From: Acidobacteriota bacterium
GTDB taxonomy: Bacteria > Acidobacteriota > UBA4820 > DSQY01
NCBI GenBank assembly: GCA_037445535.1
Contig: JBBIKI010000005.1
Span: 1 to 55,682, forward strand
Reading direction: 5' to 3'
Length of the DNA stretch: 55,682 nt
Shown: piece after piece, positions 36,672-46,114 of the stretch
Position numbering within the stretch: the first letter of the stretch is position 1
How the letters are laid out: each line of letters begins with the position of its first letter
Made by a program: the position numbers and the translations under genes
The notes under the pieces: generated by a model
Told to the model about the DNA's origin: nothing
Database searches by the model: none
The model's input: the letters and a program-made list of their open reading frames with translations, nothing else

Positions 36672-38117
36672 TTGCTGAAATACTACCGCCACCAGTTCAA
36701 TTTCATCTGCGCTTTGACCGACCTGGCCTCCCTGGCCGCCGCCTTCCTCGCGGCCTTCCTCTTCCGAAGGGACGTAGTGCCCCTCCTTTCTTCCCAACTG
36801 GCCAAGCGTCCCATGTTCGGGATGGACTACTACTTCCCCGTGTTTCTGCTGACGGCCATCGTCATGGTGGGGACCCTCTTCGGCACCGCCGCTTACCGGC
36901 AAAATCCGGGCGTTCCCCTGAGCTCCACCTTCTTTAGAACCGCCAAGGCCGTCGTCATCGCCCTGCTTCTGACCCTTGCCCTGGCCTATCTCCTCAAGAT
37001 GACCTTCCTCAGCCGCGGCTTTCTGCTCGCCTTCCTGATGCTCTTTTTGATCCTCTCCACGGCAACGAGGCACGCCGCCGCCCTCTGGTTCAGGCGCTCG
37101 GCCCTGCGGGGGAAAGGATCGCGCGTTCTCCTGTTGGCGGGGGCAGGAGCCTCGGGCCGACAGGTGGCTCAAAGGATCCTCGACAATCCCGAACTCGGGT
37201 TGAAACTCCGCGGCTTCCTCTGTCTCGGGGACGAATCCGAAGCGGACATGGAGGCCATGGCGCACATGGGCCTTGAGTGCCTCGGCCCGGTGCAGAGCCT
37301 CCCTGAACTGCTCAGCCGGGAGGTTACGGACGGCGTCGTATTCGCGGGAGAGACCCGCACACTGGCCGGGCTGGAGGACCTCTTTCTCATCTGCGAGGAT
37401 CTGGGAGTGGACAGCCTCATGGCCGCCAACCTTTTTCCCCACCTGGTGGCGCAGGTGGAGCTGGAGCGCCTGGAGGACCTTCCCCTGCTCAGGTTTACCA
37501 CGGTCCCCCACAACCACTTGGCGCTCTTTCTGAAGCGCGTCCTCGACGTGGCGGCCTCATCCTTCGGGCTCGTGGTCCTTTCACCCCTCTTCGGCCTCAT
37601 CGCCGTTCTGGTGAAGGCCGCCGACCGGGGTCCCGTTTTCTTCGCCCAGGAGCGAATGGGCCTCAACGGCCGCCGGTTCAGGTGCTTCAAGTTCCGGACC
37701 ATGGTGGCGGATGCGGAAGAACGCCTCGAGGAAGTCCAGCACCTTAACGAAGTGGACGGACCCGTGTTCAAGATCAAGCGTGATCCCCGCATCACCCCGG
37801 TAGGAGCCTTGCTGAGAAAGACCTCCATGGACGAACTTCCTCAGCTCTGGAACGTCCTCCGGGGGGACATGTCCCTCGTGGGGCCGCGCCCTCCCATCCC
37901 CTCCGAAGTGAGCAAGTACGAGCGCTGGCAGCGGCGCCGCCTTTCCATGAGGCCCGGCATCACGTGCTTGTGGCAAATTTCCGGCAGGAGCAACATCGAC
38001 TTCGACCGCTGGATGCGCCTGGACCTGGCCTACATCGACAACTGGTCCCTCACCCTCGATCTCGTCATCCTCCTCAAGACCGTCCCCGCCGTCCTCACCG
38101 CCCGGGGCGCCGCCTGA
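36672..38117 (+). CDS. Undecaprenyl-phosphate sugar-1-phosphate transferase (WcaJ/WbaP-like initiating PGT)
   Basis: N-terminal TM helices; KRVLDV, FKFRTM, DPRIT, DELPQLWNVLRGDMSLVGPRP, RPGITC.WQ. Confidence 0.93.
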   Translation: MLKYYRHQFNFICALTDLASLAAAFLAAFLFRRDVVPLLSSQLAKRPMFGMDYYFPVFLLTAIVMVGTLFGTAAYRQNPGVPLSSTFFRTAKAVVIALLLTLALAYLLKMTFLSRGFLLAFLMLFLILSTATRHAAALWFRRSALRGKGSRVLLLAGAGASGRQVAQRILDNPELGLKLRGFLCLGDESEADMEAMAHMGLECLGPVQSLPELLSREVTDGVVFAGETRTLAGLEDLFLICEDLGVDSLMAANLFPHLVAQVELERLEDLPLLRFTTVPHNHLALFLKRVLDVAASSFGLVVLSPLFGLIAVLVKAADRGPVFFAQERMGLNGRRFRCFKFRTMVADAEERLEEVQHLNEVDGPVFKIKRDPRITPVGALLRKTSMDELPQLWNVLRGDMSLVGPRPPIPSEVSKYERWQRRRLSMRPGITCLWQISGRSNIDFDRWMRLDLAYIDNWSLTLDLVILLKTVPAVLTARGAA

Positions 38118-38192
38118 GGCGGGCCCGGCCGAGGCGGCTCTCCCGCCTTATGGTACCCTTTCGGTTAGGCCCTTCGGGCCGGGAGGAGCGCC

Positions 38193-39899
38193 TTGGGGGG
38201 AAAAGGATGGCCGAAACCACCGGTTCTGCTGGCCGCGGGTACGCTGCTGATGCTCTATTTGGGCGGGTTGGGTGCCATCCCCTACTTTGAGCCGGACGAG
38301 GGGCGCTACACTGAGATCCCGAGGGAGATGCTGGCCCTGAAGGATTTCGTCCTGCCGCACCTGGACGGCGTCCTCTATTTCGAAAAGCCCCCTCTTTACT
38401 ACTGGCTTAATGCCCTTTCCATGGCCGTTTTCGGACAGGGTGAATTCGCCAGCCGTTTCTGGAGCGCCCTCCTGGGCCTGCTGGGGCTCGTTCCCGTGTT
38501 TTACCTGGGAGCCAAGGCGAGGCCGGGGCGCACGGGCTGGCTCGCGGTCCTCATCCTGGCCACCTCGCCCCTCTACCTGGCCCTGGCGCACCTGACGATC
38601 ATCGACATGACCCTCACCTTCTTCTTCACCGTGACCCTGGCTTGTTTCTACCTGGCCTGCGAGGAGGAGAGCCCAGGGCGGAAGCGGTGGCTCTGGTACG
38701 GCGCCTTCGCGGGGGCGGCCTTCACGGTGTTGGCCAAGGGCCTCATCGGCGTCGTCCTTCCCGGAGGGATCGCCTTCGCCTACCTGCTGCTGGGATCACG
38801 GTGGAAGGTGCTCAAGGAGGTACCGTGGATCAGGGCAACCCTTCTCTTCCTCGCCATCGCCCTGCCCTGGCACGTCATGGCCGCCCTCAGGAGCCCGGAT
38901 TTCCTCTGGTTCTACTTCGTGCACGAGCACTTCCTGCGATTCCTCACCACCGTGAGCGACCGCACCGAGCCGTTGTGGTTCTTCCTCCCCGTGGTCCTTT
39001 GGGCACTCTTGCCCTGGACGGCCTTTTTGCCCGGGTCGCTCGCCTCGCTGGCTCGCCCGGCGGCCCTTCGGGAAAGCCTGTTCCGGCGGCCCTCACCGGA
39101 ATTGTTCCTCTGGCTCTGGGCCGCGGAGGTGGTGGTCTTCTTCTCTCTGTCCCAATCCAAGCTCATCCCGTACATTCTCCCCGCCCTGCCTCCCCTGGCG
39201 GTGCTCGCGGCCTTCCAGGTGGATGAAATACTGACTCGAAAGCAGGCGCCCTCCCCCTGGCTCAAGGGACTTCTCCTCCTGGCTCTGGCGGGTATAGCCC
39301 TCTTTGGCGCGGCCTTTATCTGGGCGGGACTGGGCAAGATCAAGGCCTTCAGCCCGCCGGGAGCGGTGGCCTTGCCCGTCCTCTCCGCGGGAGCGGGATG
39401 CGCTGCCCTCGCCATCCTGGCCGCGGCCTTCGTGGCGGCTGGGCGATGGAAGCGGGCCGTGCCGGTGATGGCCCTGTGCGCGGCCGCTTCCTTCGGGTGC
39501 ATGTGGAGCGCGGGGCCGGCCATCGCACGAAACCGCGACGTGAAAGGCTTCGCCGCCTTCATCCAGCGCCACGAGAACCCCGGAGATCTGGTCTTCGCCT
39601 ACCGCTTCTACCCCCAGACGCTCCCCGTCTATCTTCACCGCACGATCGGAGTCGCGGCCTTCGAAGGAGAGCTGGCCTTCGGCATCTCCAAGCTCTCCAC
39701 CGCGGAGCGCGAGGCGCGCTTCCCCACCGACGCCCAGTTCGCGGCCTTGTGGAACGGCCCCGCGCGCATCTGGTGCGTTGCGGACAAGGACGCTATCAAG
39801 AAGATGGCGAAGGACGGCCTCGCTACCCCTGTTGTCCTCATGAAAGAGCGCCAGGTGGTCCTCCTCACGAACCACCCCTTGGAGGGCTCCCGCCCATGA
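38193..39899 (+). CDS. arnT: ArnT-like (GT83) lipid-carrier-dependent glycosyltransferase 1
   Basis: PDEGRY.EI.REM, YFEKPPLYYW, LAKGLIG, SKLIPYILP; GGAGGAG RBS before the TTG start. Confidence 0.88.
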   Translation: MGGKGWPKPPVLLAAGTLLMLYLGGLGAIPYFEPDEGRYTEIPREMLALKDFVLPHLDGVLYFEKPPLYYWLNALSMAVFGQGEFASRFWSALLGLLGLVPVFYLGAKARPGRTGWLAVLILATSPLYLALAHLTIIDMTLTFFFTVTLACFYLACEEESPGRKRWLWYGAFAGAAFTVLAKGLIGVVLPGGIAFAYLLLGSRWKVLKEVPWIRATLLFLAIALPWHVMAALRSPDFLWFYFVHEHFLRFLTTVSDRTEPLWFFLPVVLWALLPWTAFLPGSLASLARPAALRESLFRRPSPELFLWLWAAEVVVFFSLSQSKLIPYILPALPPLAVLAAFQVDEILTRKQAPSPWLKGLLLLALAGIALFGAAFIWAGLGKIKAFSPPGAVALPVLSAGAGCAALAILAAAFVAAGRWKRAVPVMALCAAASFGCMWSAGPAIARNRDVKGFAAFIQRHENPGDLVFAYRFYPQTLPVYLHRTIGVAAFEGELAFGISKLSTAEREARFPTDAQFAALWNGPARIWCVADKDAIKKMAKDGLATPVVLMKERQVVLLTNHPLEGSRP

Positions 39900-41548
39900 A
39901 GCTCTGGCCCACGACTTTCACCTTCGCCCGCCTTCGCCCCCTCCTCTTCTGGGTAGTGATAGCGGGGCTCTCGTTTGCCGGTCTGGGCCGCGGCCTCTGG
40001 ACCCCCGATGAACCCAGGGAGGCGGAAATCGGGAGGGAGATGCTCCTCCATCCCGGTTTCGTTCCGCACCTGAATACCAAACCCTTCTTCGAAAAGCCTC
40101 CCCTCTATTACTGGGCCCTGGCGGGGGCCTACGCCGCGGGGGGCGTTTCCGAGACCTCCGCGCGGGCCGTGAGCGGGGCCATGGGGCTGGCCACGCTGGT
40201 GCTGGTCTTCTTCTGGGCCAGGAAGGACGCCTCCCGCGAGGCGGCCTACATGGCGGTCTTCATCCTTGCCACGTGCGTGCAGTTTTTCCAGTCCACCCAC
40301 TGGGTCCTGCTCGACCCCATGCTCATGCTCTGGGTGGTCCTTGCCCTCTGGGGCGCCTGGAGCGCCCTCAGCCGGGGCCCGCGCGCGGCCTCAATGGCGG
40401 CCCTCTACGGCGGCCTGTGTCTTGCCGTGTGGACCAAGGGGCTCATCGGCGTGGCGCTGCCCGCGGCGGGCCTCCTCCTGTTCCTCCTCCTCCGGCGGAA
40501 GGACGCCCTCATGGGCCGCCTTCGGCCCGTCCTGGGCGCGGTGTTCATGACCGTCTTCATCGGCCTGTGCCTCTGGGCCTTCTATGTGGCCGAGGGGAGG
40601 GACGCCCTCTATCAGCTCGTCTGGGTCAACCACGTGGAGCGGTTCATCCGGCCCTCCACCACGGGCCACGCCCAGCCCGTCTATTACTACCTCCACGCCC
40701 TGCTCGTGGCGGTCCTCCCCTGGCTCCTGCCGTTCCTCGCCCTCTTCAGGCCCTCCTTCTGGCGGAAGGACACGGCGGACGGTCCGGCCTCCCTCAAGAT
40801 ATTCTTGGCGTGCGCAGTGGGCGGAGGGGTGCTCCTGCTGAGCTTGGCCTCCACCAAGCGGGAAACCTACCTCCTGCCGCTGATACCGCCCCTGGCGCTG
40901 CTGATGGCCCTCGCCCTGGAGGATGCATTCCAGCGTGGCGGCACCGCCCTGGACGGCGCGGACCGCTGGATTTTCGGACGCATTCAACCGGTCCTGCTGT
41001 CTCTCTGGGGCCTGGCCGTGCCCGTGGCCCTCATTATCTACACGCGGTCCCCCCGCCCAGCCTACATGACCCTCCTCGCCGCAGGCCTTCTGGCTGGGCT
41101 CACGGGCATCTACTTCGGGCTCAAGGCGCGCCTTCCCCAAGCCTGGGACGCCCACAGGGCAAGCGCCGTCCTGATGTGCGCCGCGGCCCTGGCCGTGGCC
41201 GTGCCCGTGGCCGAGGCGCAGAAGAACATGGCCCCCTTCTGCCGCTGGGCGGGCGTGGCCGTCCCGGGCCGCGGCCCCATTCCGGCCCTCGGCGCGGACG
41301 AAACCCTTTGTGGTATCATCCCCTTTACGACGGGACGGTGGATCGAGAGCCTCACTGCCGCCCAGTGGGCGGGGCGCATCTCCTCGGGCGACGCCCCTCC
41401 CTACCTTCTGGAGCAGAGCGGCGCGGGCCGCGGCGGCGAGGCTATGTCCCGCGCGGGATATTCGATCTTCGGCGAGCGCAAATTCGGGCCGGGCCGCACC
41501 CTGCGGCTCTGGCGCCTGACCAAGCAGACGGAGCGCGCACCCTCATGA
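39896..41548 (+). CDS. ArnT-like (GT83) glycosyltransferase 2
   Basis: PDEPREAEIGREM, FFEKPPLYYW, WTKGLIG, KRETYLLP; ATGA overlap with the upstream gene. Confidence 0.85.
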   Translation: MKLWPTTFTFARLRPLLFWVVIAGLSFAGLGRGLWTPDEPREAEIGREMLLHPGFVPHLNTKPFFEKPPLYYWALAGAYAAGGVSETSARAVSGAMGLATLVLVFFWARKDASREAAYMAVFILATCVQFFQSTHWVLLDPMLMLWVVLALWGAWSALSRGPRAASMAALYGGLCLAVWTKGLIGVALPAAGLLLFLLLRRKDALMGRLRPVLGAVFMTVFIGLCLWAFYVAEGRDALYQLVWVNHVERFIRPSTTGHAQPVYYYLHALLVAVLPWLLPFLALFRPSFWRKDTADGPASLKIFLACAVGGGVLLLSLASTKRETYLLPLIPPLALLMALALEDAFQRGGTALDGADRWIFGRIQPVLLSLWGLAVPVALIIYTRSPRPAYMTLLAAGLLAGLTGIYFGLKARLPQAWDAHRASAVLMCAAALAVAVPVAEAQKNMAPFCRWAGVAVPGRGPIPALGADETLCGIIPFTTGRWIESLTAAQWAGRISSGDAPPYLLEQSGAGRGGEAMSRAGYSIFGERKFGPGRTLRLWRLTKQTERAPS

Positions 41549-42720
41549 CGACGCCCTTCCAACGCCGGCCAACCTTCCTCCCCTTCTCCAAGCCCACCAT
41601 CCGCCAGGCGGAAATCGACGAGGTCGTGGATTCTCTCAAGTCGGGCTGGATCACGACGGGTCCGAAGGCCCAGAAGTTCGAGGAGGCCTTCTCGGCCTAC
41701 ACGGGCTTCCCCATCGCCCTCGCCCTCTCCTCCGCCACGGCGGGCCTGCACATCGGCCTCATGGCCCTGGGCCTGAAGCCGGGCGACGAGGTGATCACCA
41801 CGCCCATGACGTGGGTGGCCACCACCAACATGATCGAGATCCTTGGGGCCAAGCCCGTCATGGTGGACATCCATCCTGACACCCTCCAGATCGACGAGAC
41901 CCAGGTGGCGGCCGCCGTCACCCCGCGCACCGTGGGCATCCTGCCCGTGCACTTCGGCGGCGCCCCGTGCCACATGGACCCGCTCATGGAGGTGGCCCGA
42001 AAGCACGGCCTCTGGATCTTCGAGGATGCGGCCCACGGCGTGGGAACCCTTTACAAGGGCCGCCACGTGGGCTGCTTCGACCGCCTGGGGGTCTTCTCCT
42101 TCCACCCCATCAAGAACATGACCACGGCCGAAGGCGGCGTCCTCGTCCTGCGCGACGAGGCCATGGCCAAAACCCTGCGCGCCCTCCGCTTCCACGGCCT
42201 GGAAAAGCAGGCGTGGAACCGCTACGCCGAGGGCGGCACGGCCCAGGTGGAAGTGATCATGCCGGGCTTCAAATACAATTTCATGGATCTGCAGGCGGCC
42301 ATCGGCCTCCCTCAGCTCGCCTCCGTGGACGCCTTCAACGAGCGCCGCACCCGGCTCGCCGGCCTCTACCAGCAGCTCTTCGCCGACGTGCCCGAGCTCC
42401 AGATCCCCGTCATGCCCTCCTACGACCACCACGCCACCTGGCACCTCTACCCCGTTCGGATCAAGGAGGCCTCCGGCCTGGGCCGGGACGCTTTCATGAA
42501 CGAGCTGAAGGCGCGGAACGTGGGCACGGGAATCCATTTCAAGGCCGTCCACACGCATCCCTATTACCAGCAGAAGTATCCCGGACTGGAGAAGGTCCTG
42601 CCCCACGCCACGTGGGTTTCGGAGCGCATCTGCTCCCTGCCCCTCTTCCCCGCCATGACGGAGGACGACGTGGCCTACGTGGCGGACGCCGTCAAGGATG
42701 TTCTGGCCCATGGCCGGTAA
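41545..42720 (+). CDS. arnB: UDP-4-amino-4-deoxy-L-arabinose aminotransferase (DegT/DnrJ family)
   Basis: FLPFSKP, SGWITTGPK, SSATAGLH, EDAAHG, FSFHPIKNMTTAEGG, GFKYN. Confidence 0.9.
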   Translation: MTTPFQRRPTFLPFSKPTIRQAEIDEVVDSLKSGWITTGPKAQKFEEAFSAYTGFPIALALSSATAGLHIGLMALGLKPGDEVITTPMTWVATTNMIEILGAKPVMVDIHPDTLQIDETQVAAAVTPRTVGILPVHFGGAPCHMDPLMEVARKHGLWIFEDAAHGVGTLYKGRHVGCFDRLGVFSFHPIKNMTTAEGGVLVLRDEAMAKTLRALRFHGLEKQAWNRYAEGGTAQVEVIMPGFKYNFMDLQAAIGLPQLASVDAFNERRTRLAGLYQQLFADVPELQIPVMPSYDHHATWHLYPVRIKEASGLGRDAFMNELKARNVGTGIHFKAVHTHPYYQQKYPGLEKVLPHATWVSERICSLPLFPAMTEDDVAYVADAVKDVLAHGR

Positions 42721-42855
42721 CGCAGGCCAAGGAAAGCCGGGCCCCTTTCACAGGGAGGACAGAAGGCCTATGAGGAACCATGGAGAGGTTGCACCAGCGG
42801 GAACGCCTCCCATCCTCCCTTCCTCCCTGTTCGTAAGCCTTCGATAGAGGCCGCC

Positions 42856-43809
42856 ATGAGTGAACCCGAGCTTTCCATCGTGATCCCCGTCTACAACGAG
42901 GAGGAAAATCTTCCCGAGCTTCTCCAGCGCATGCACACGGTCATGGAAGCGCTGGGCAAGCCTTACGAGACCATCCTCGTGAACGACGGGAGCCGCGACC
43001 GCTCCCTGAAAATCCTCAAGGAGGCCTCCGCCCGCGACACGGCCCTGCGGATCATCGACTTCAACCGAAACTACGGCCAGCACGCGGCCGTTTTTGCGGG
43101 CTTTGAAGCTGCCAGGGGCCAGATCATCGTCACCCTCGACGCGGACCTGCAAAACCCGCCCGAGGAAGTGCCCAAACTCGTGGCCAAGATGGAAGAGGGG
43201 TACGACGTGGTGGGCTCCGTGCGCCAGCAGCGCAAGGACAGCCTCTTCCGTAAGTGGGCTTCCAGAATTATCAACCGCGTCACCTCCAGCGTCACCGGCG
43301 TCCAGCTCCACGACTACGGGTGCATGTTAAGAGCTTACCGCAAGGATGTTGTCAAAACGCTCTGCGCTTCAAAGGAAATATCCACCTTCATTCCCGTCCT
43401 CGCCGATCTCTTCGCCGGGAAGATTACGGAGATTCCCGTGGCCCACGCCGAGAGGGCTCGCGGCGAGAGCAAGTACAGTTTCCTCAAGCTCATCCGCCTC
43501 CAGTTCGACCTCATCACCAGCTTCTCCCTCCTGCCCCTGAGAGCCACCATGTTCATCGGCGTCACCACGGCCATCTTAGCCATGCTCGCCGCCGTGGTTC
43601 TCATCGCCGGGCGTCTCCTCATGGGCAGCGACTGGGCCGTGAGCGGCATCTTCACTCTCTTCGCGGTCCTCTTCTTCTTCGTGGGCGTCCTCCTCTTTTC
43701 CATCGGGCTTCTGGGAGAATACACGGGGAGGATTTACATGGAGGTGCGCCGCCGGCCCCGCTTCGTCATCCGGCACGTCATTCAGAACGGCGAGGAGCGC
43801 CACCCGTGA
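42856..43809 (+). CDS. arnC: Undecaprenyl-phosphate Ara4FN transferase (GT2)
   Basis: VIPVYNEEEN, NRNYGQHAA, TLDADLQNPPEE, DYGCMLRAY, two C-terminal TM helices. Confidence 0.92.
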   Translation: MSEPELSIVIPVYNEEENLPELLQRMHTVMEALGKPYETILVNDGSRDRSLKILKEASARDTALRIIDFNRNYGQHAAVFAGFEAARGQIIVTLDADLQNPPEEVPKLVAKMEEGYDVVGSVRQQRKDSLFRKWASRIINRVTSSVTGVQLHDYGCMLRAYRKDVVKTLCASKEISTFIPVLADLFAGKITEIPVAHAERARGESKYSFLKLIRLQFDLITSFSLLPLRATMFIGVTTAILAMLAAVVLIAGRLLMGSDWAVSGIFTLFAVLFFFVGVLLFSIGLLGEYTGRIYMEVRRRPRFVIRHVIQNGEERHP

Positions 43810-44741
43810 GCGCCCGAACCCTGGTCATGGGCTACCACACGCTGGGGTGCCTGGGTTTTGACGCCCTCGTGCGCCACGGCTTCGACGTGGCCGCGGTCTT
43901 TACGCACCGCGACAACCCCAAGGAAGAGATCTGGTGGGAGTCGCTGGCCGGGCGCGCCGCCGAGGCGGGCGTTCGGGTCCACTATCCCGAGACCATGAAG
44001 GATGCCCAAACCCAGGCCCTCGTGGCGTCCTACGAGCCGGATTTCCTCTTCTCCTTCTATTTCAGGTTCATGATCCCCCCCGAGGTGCTCGCCATGGCCA
44101 GGCGCGGGGCCTTCAATCTCCACGGGTCTCTCCTGCCCCGGTACCGCGGGCGCGCTCCCGCCAACTGGGTGCTCGTGAACGGCGAGACGGAGACGGGGGT
44201 GAGCCTGCACTACATGGTAGCCAAACCCGACGCGGGGGAGCTCGTGGACCAGGAGCCCGTGAGCATCGCCTTCGAGGAGACTCCGCGCACCCTTTACGCC
44301 AAACTCGAATCGGCCGCCGTCACGGTGCTGGACCGGAGCCTGCCCCTCATCAAGGCGGGTACCGCCCCCCATCACCCCCTCGACCTCACCCAGGGTTCCT
44401 ACTTCGGGGGGCGCAAGCCCGAGGACGGCCGCCTGGACTGGACGTGGAGCGCCCTCAAGGCGTTTTTCCTCGTCCGGGGCGTGACCCATCCGTACCCGGG
44501 AGCCTTCACCTTCTTCGGCGGCAAGAAGCTCTTCGTCTGGTGGGCCAAGCCACTGGACAAGGAGCCCTTCGGCGCGCCGGGGACGGTCCTCTCCGTCACC
44601 TCCGAGGGATGCCTCGTGGCCGCGGGCCGAGGCTCCCTTTTGATCACCCGCTGCCAGTTCGAGGGCGAACCTGAATACGATGGCTACACCTTCTGCACCC
44701 TCCACGGAGTGCTTCCCGGAGCCAAACTGGGTTCGGACTGA
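43806..44741 (+). CDS. UDP-Ara4N formyltransferase (stand-alone ArnA N-terminal half)
   Basis: MGYHTLG, FTHRD, FSFYFR, NLHGSLLPRYRGRAPANWVLVNGE, YFGGRKPEDG; GTG start overlaps the arnC stop. Confidence 0.9.
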   Translation: MSARTLVMGYHTLGCLGFDALVRHGFDVAAVFTHRDNPKEEIWWESLAGRAAEAGVRVHYPETMKDAQTQALVASYEPDFLFSFYFRFMIPPEVLAMARRGAFNLHGSLLPRYRGRAPANWVLVNGETETGVSLHYMVAKPDAGELVDQEPVSIAFEETPRTLYAKLESAAVTVLDRSLPLIKAGTAPHHPLDLTQGSYFGGRKPEDGRLDWTWSALKAFFLVRGVTHPYPGAFTFFGGKKLFVWWAKPLDKEPFGAPGTVLSVTSEGCLVAAGRGSLLITRCQFEGEPEYDGYTFCTLHGVLPGAKLGSD

Positions 44742-44771
44742 GCCGAACCACCACCACAGAAGAGGGGTCCC

Positions 44772-45809
44772 ATGAAAATCCTCATCCTCGGCGTCAACGG
44801 CTTCATCGGCAACGCGCTCACGCGCCGCATCGTGAACACCACCGGCTGGGAGGTCTATGGCATGGACCTCTCGGACAACAAACTCGGCCACTCCCTGGAC
44901 CATCCGCGCTTCCATTTCCTGGAAGGCGACATCATGATCAACAAGGAGTGGATCGAGTACCACATCAAGAAGTGCGACGTGGTTCTGCCCCTCGTGGCCA
45001 TCGCCACCCCCGCCACCTACGTCAAAGCGCCTCTTCGGGTCTTCGAGCTGGACTTCGAGGAAAACCTCCGCATCATTCGGCAGTGCGTGAAGTACGGCAA
45101 GCGGGTGATCTTCCCCTCCACCTCCGAGGTTTATGGCATGTGCCCAGAGCCGGAGTTCAAGGAGGACGAGAGCATGCTGGTGACGGGGCCCATCAACAAG
45201 CCCCGCTGGATTTACTCCTGCGCCAAGCAGCTCATGGACCGCGTTATCGCCGCCTACGGCCAGCAGGAGGGCCTCCAGTACACGTGCTTCCGCCCCTTCA
45301 ACTGGATCGGCCCCAAGCTCGATAGCATCGACACGGCCAAGGAGGGCTCCTCGCGCGTCGTGACACAGTTCATGGTGGACCTGGCCCAGGGCAATCCCAT
45401 CAAGCTCGTGGACGGCGGCGCCCAGAAACGCTGCTTCACCTACGTGGAGGATGGCATTGACGGCCTCATGAAGATCATTGAGAACAAGGGCGGCGTATGC
45501 GACTCGGAGATCTTCAACCTCGGGAACCCGGTGAACGAGTTCTCGGTCAAAGAACTAGCGGAAAAGCTCGTGGCCATGTTCAAGGAGCGCAAGGCCACCA
45601 TCCCGAACTACCAGGAACCCCGCATCGAAGGGGTGGACTCGGGCAGCTTCTACGGCAGGGGCTACCAGGATATCTTCACGCGGAAGCCCAGCGTAGAAAA
45701 GGCCAAGCGAATCCTGGGCTGGGAGCCCAAGACGACCATGGACGAGGCCCTCAAGGTGACCATGGACGCCTTTTTCGAGGAGTGGAACGCGGGACTCTCA
45801 AACGAGTGA
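44772..45809 (+). CDS. UDP-glucuronic acid dehydrogenase/decarboxylase (stand-alone ArnA C-terminal half)
   Basis: [56 protein letters not shown]. Confidence 0.93.
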   Translation: MKILILGVNGFIGNALTRRIVNTTGWEVYGMDLSDNKLGHSLDHPRFHFLEGDIMINKEWIEYHIKKCDVVLPLVAIATPATYVKAPLRVFELDFEENLRIIRQCVKYGKRVIFPSTSEVYGMCPEPEFKEDESMLVTGPINKPRWIYSCAKQLMDRVIAAYGQQEGLQYTCFRPFNWIGPKLDSIDTAKEGSSRVVTQFMVDLAQGNPIKLVDGGAQKRCFTYVEDGIDGLMKIIENKGGVCDSEIFNLGNPVNEFSVKELAEKLVAMFKERKATIPNYQEPRIEGVDSGSFYGRGYQDIFTRKPSVEKAKRILGWEPKTTMDEALKVTMDAFFEEWNAGLSNE

Positions 45810-45829
45810 AGCCGGTGGTCGTGTTTGTT

Positions 45830-46063
45830 TATCATCGCGAGCGCGGCGCCATTCGTGGCATCGCGAGCCTGCCGCAGGCGGGCGAGGCGATCTCGGCCTT
45901 GGCTCTACGTTGTCATCGCGAGGGGCCACAAGCCCCGTGGCGATCTCGGCCTGTGGCTCTACGTTGTCATCGCGAGGGGCCGCAGGCCCCGTGGCGATCT
46001 CGGCCTTGGCCGGGAAAGTGAGACTGCCTCCAGGTAGCCCATTGAGGGAGGCCTCGCAATGAC
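45830..46063. repeat. REP-like palindromic element cluster containing a 54-bp tandem duplication
   Basis: Repeated TGTCATCGCGAGGGGCC.CA.GCCCCGTGGCGATCTC (units start near 45900 and 45954), closed by the inverse arm GAGACTGCC...CCTCGCAATGAC. Confidence 0.8.
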
Positions 46064-46114
46064 CAATTGGAATGGACGATCTCCTATGATCGTCATGCAC
46101 TAGGGAGTTACACT

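Noticed and set aside
36585-37517. N-terminal 311-aa extension of the DHH ORF
   Set aside because: It is antisense to the sugar transferase gene; DHH similarity starts at ATG 36584.
39398-41544. Long upstream extensions of the arnT2 and arnB ORFs suggesting fusions
   Set aside because: These are open alternative frames in GC-rich DNA; the true starts overlap upstream stops (ATGA at 39896 and 41545).
45886-46010. Direct repeats as a possible CRISPR array
   Set aside because: The units are adjacent near-identical 54-mers with no unique spacers, and no cas genes are in the window.
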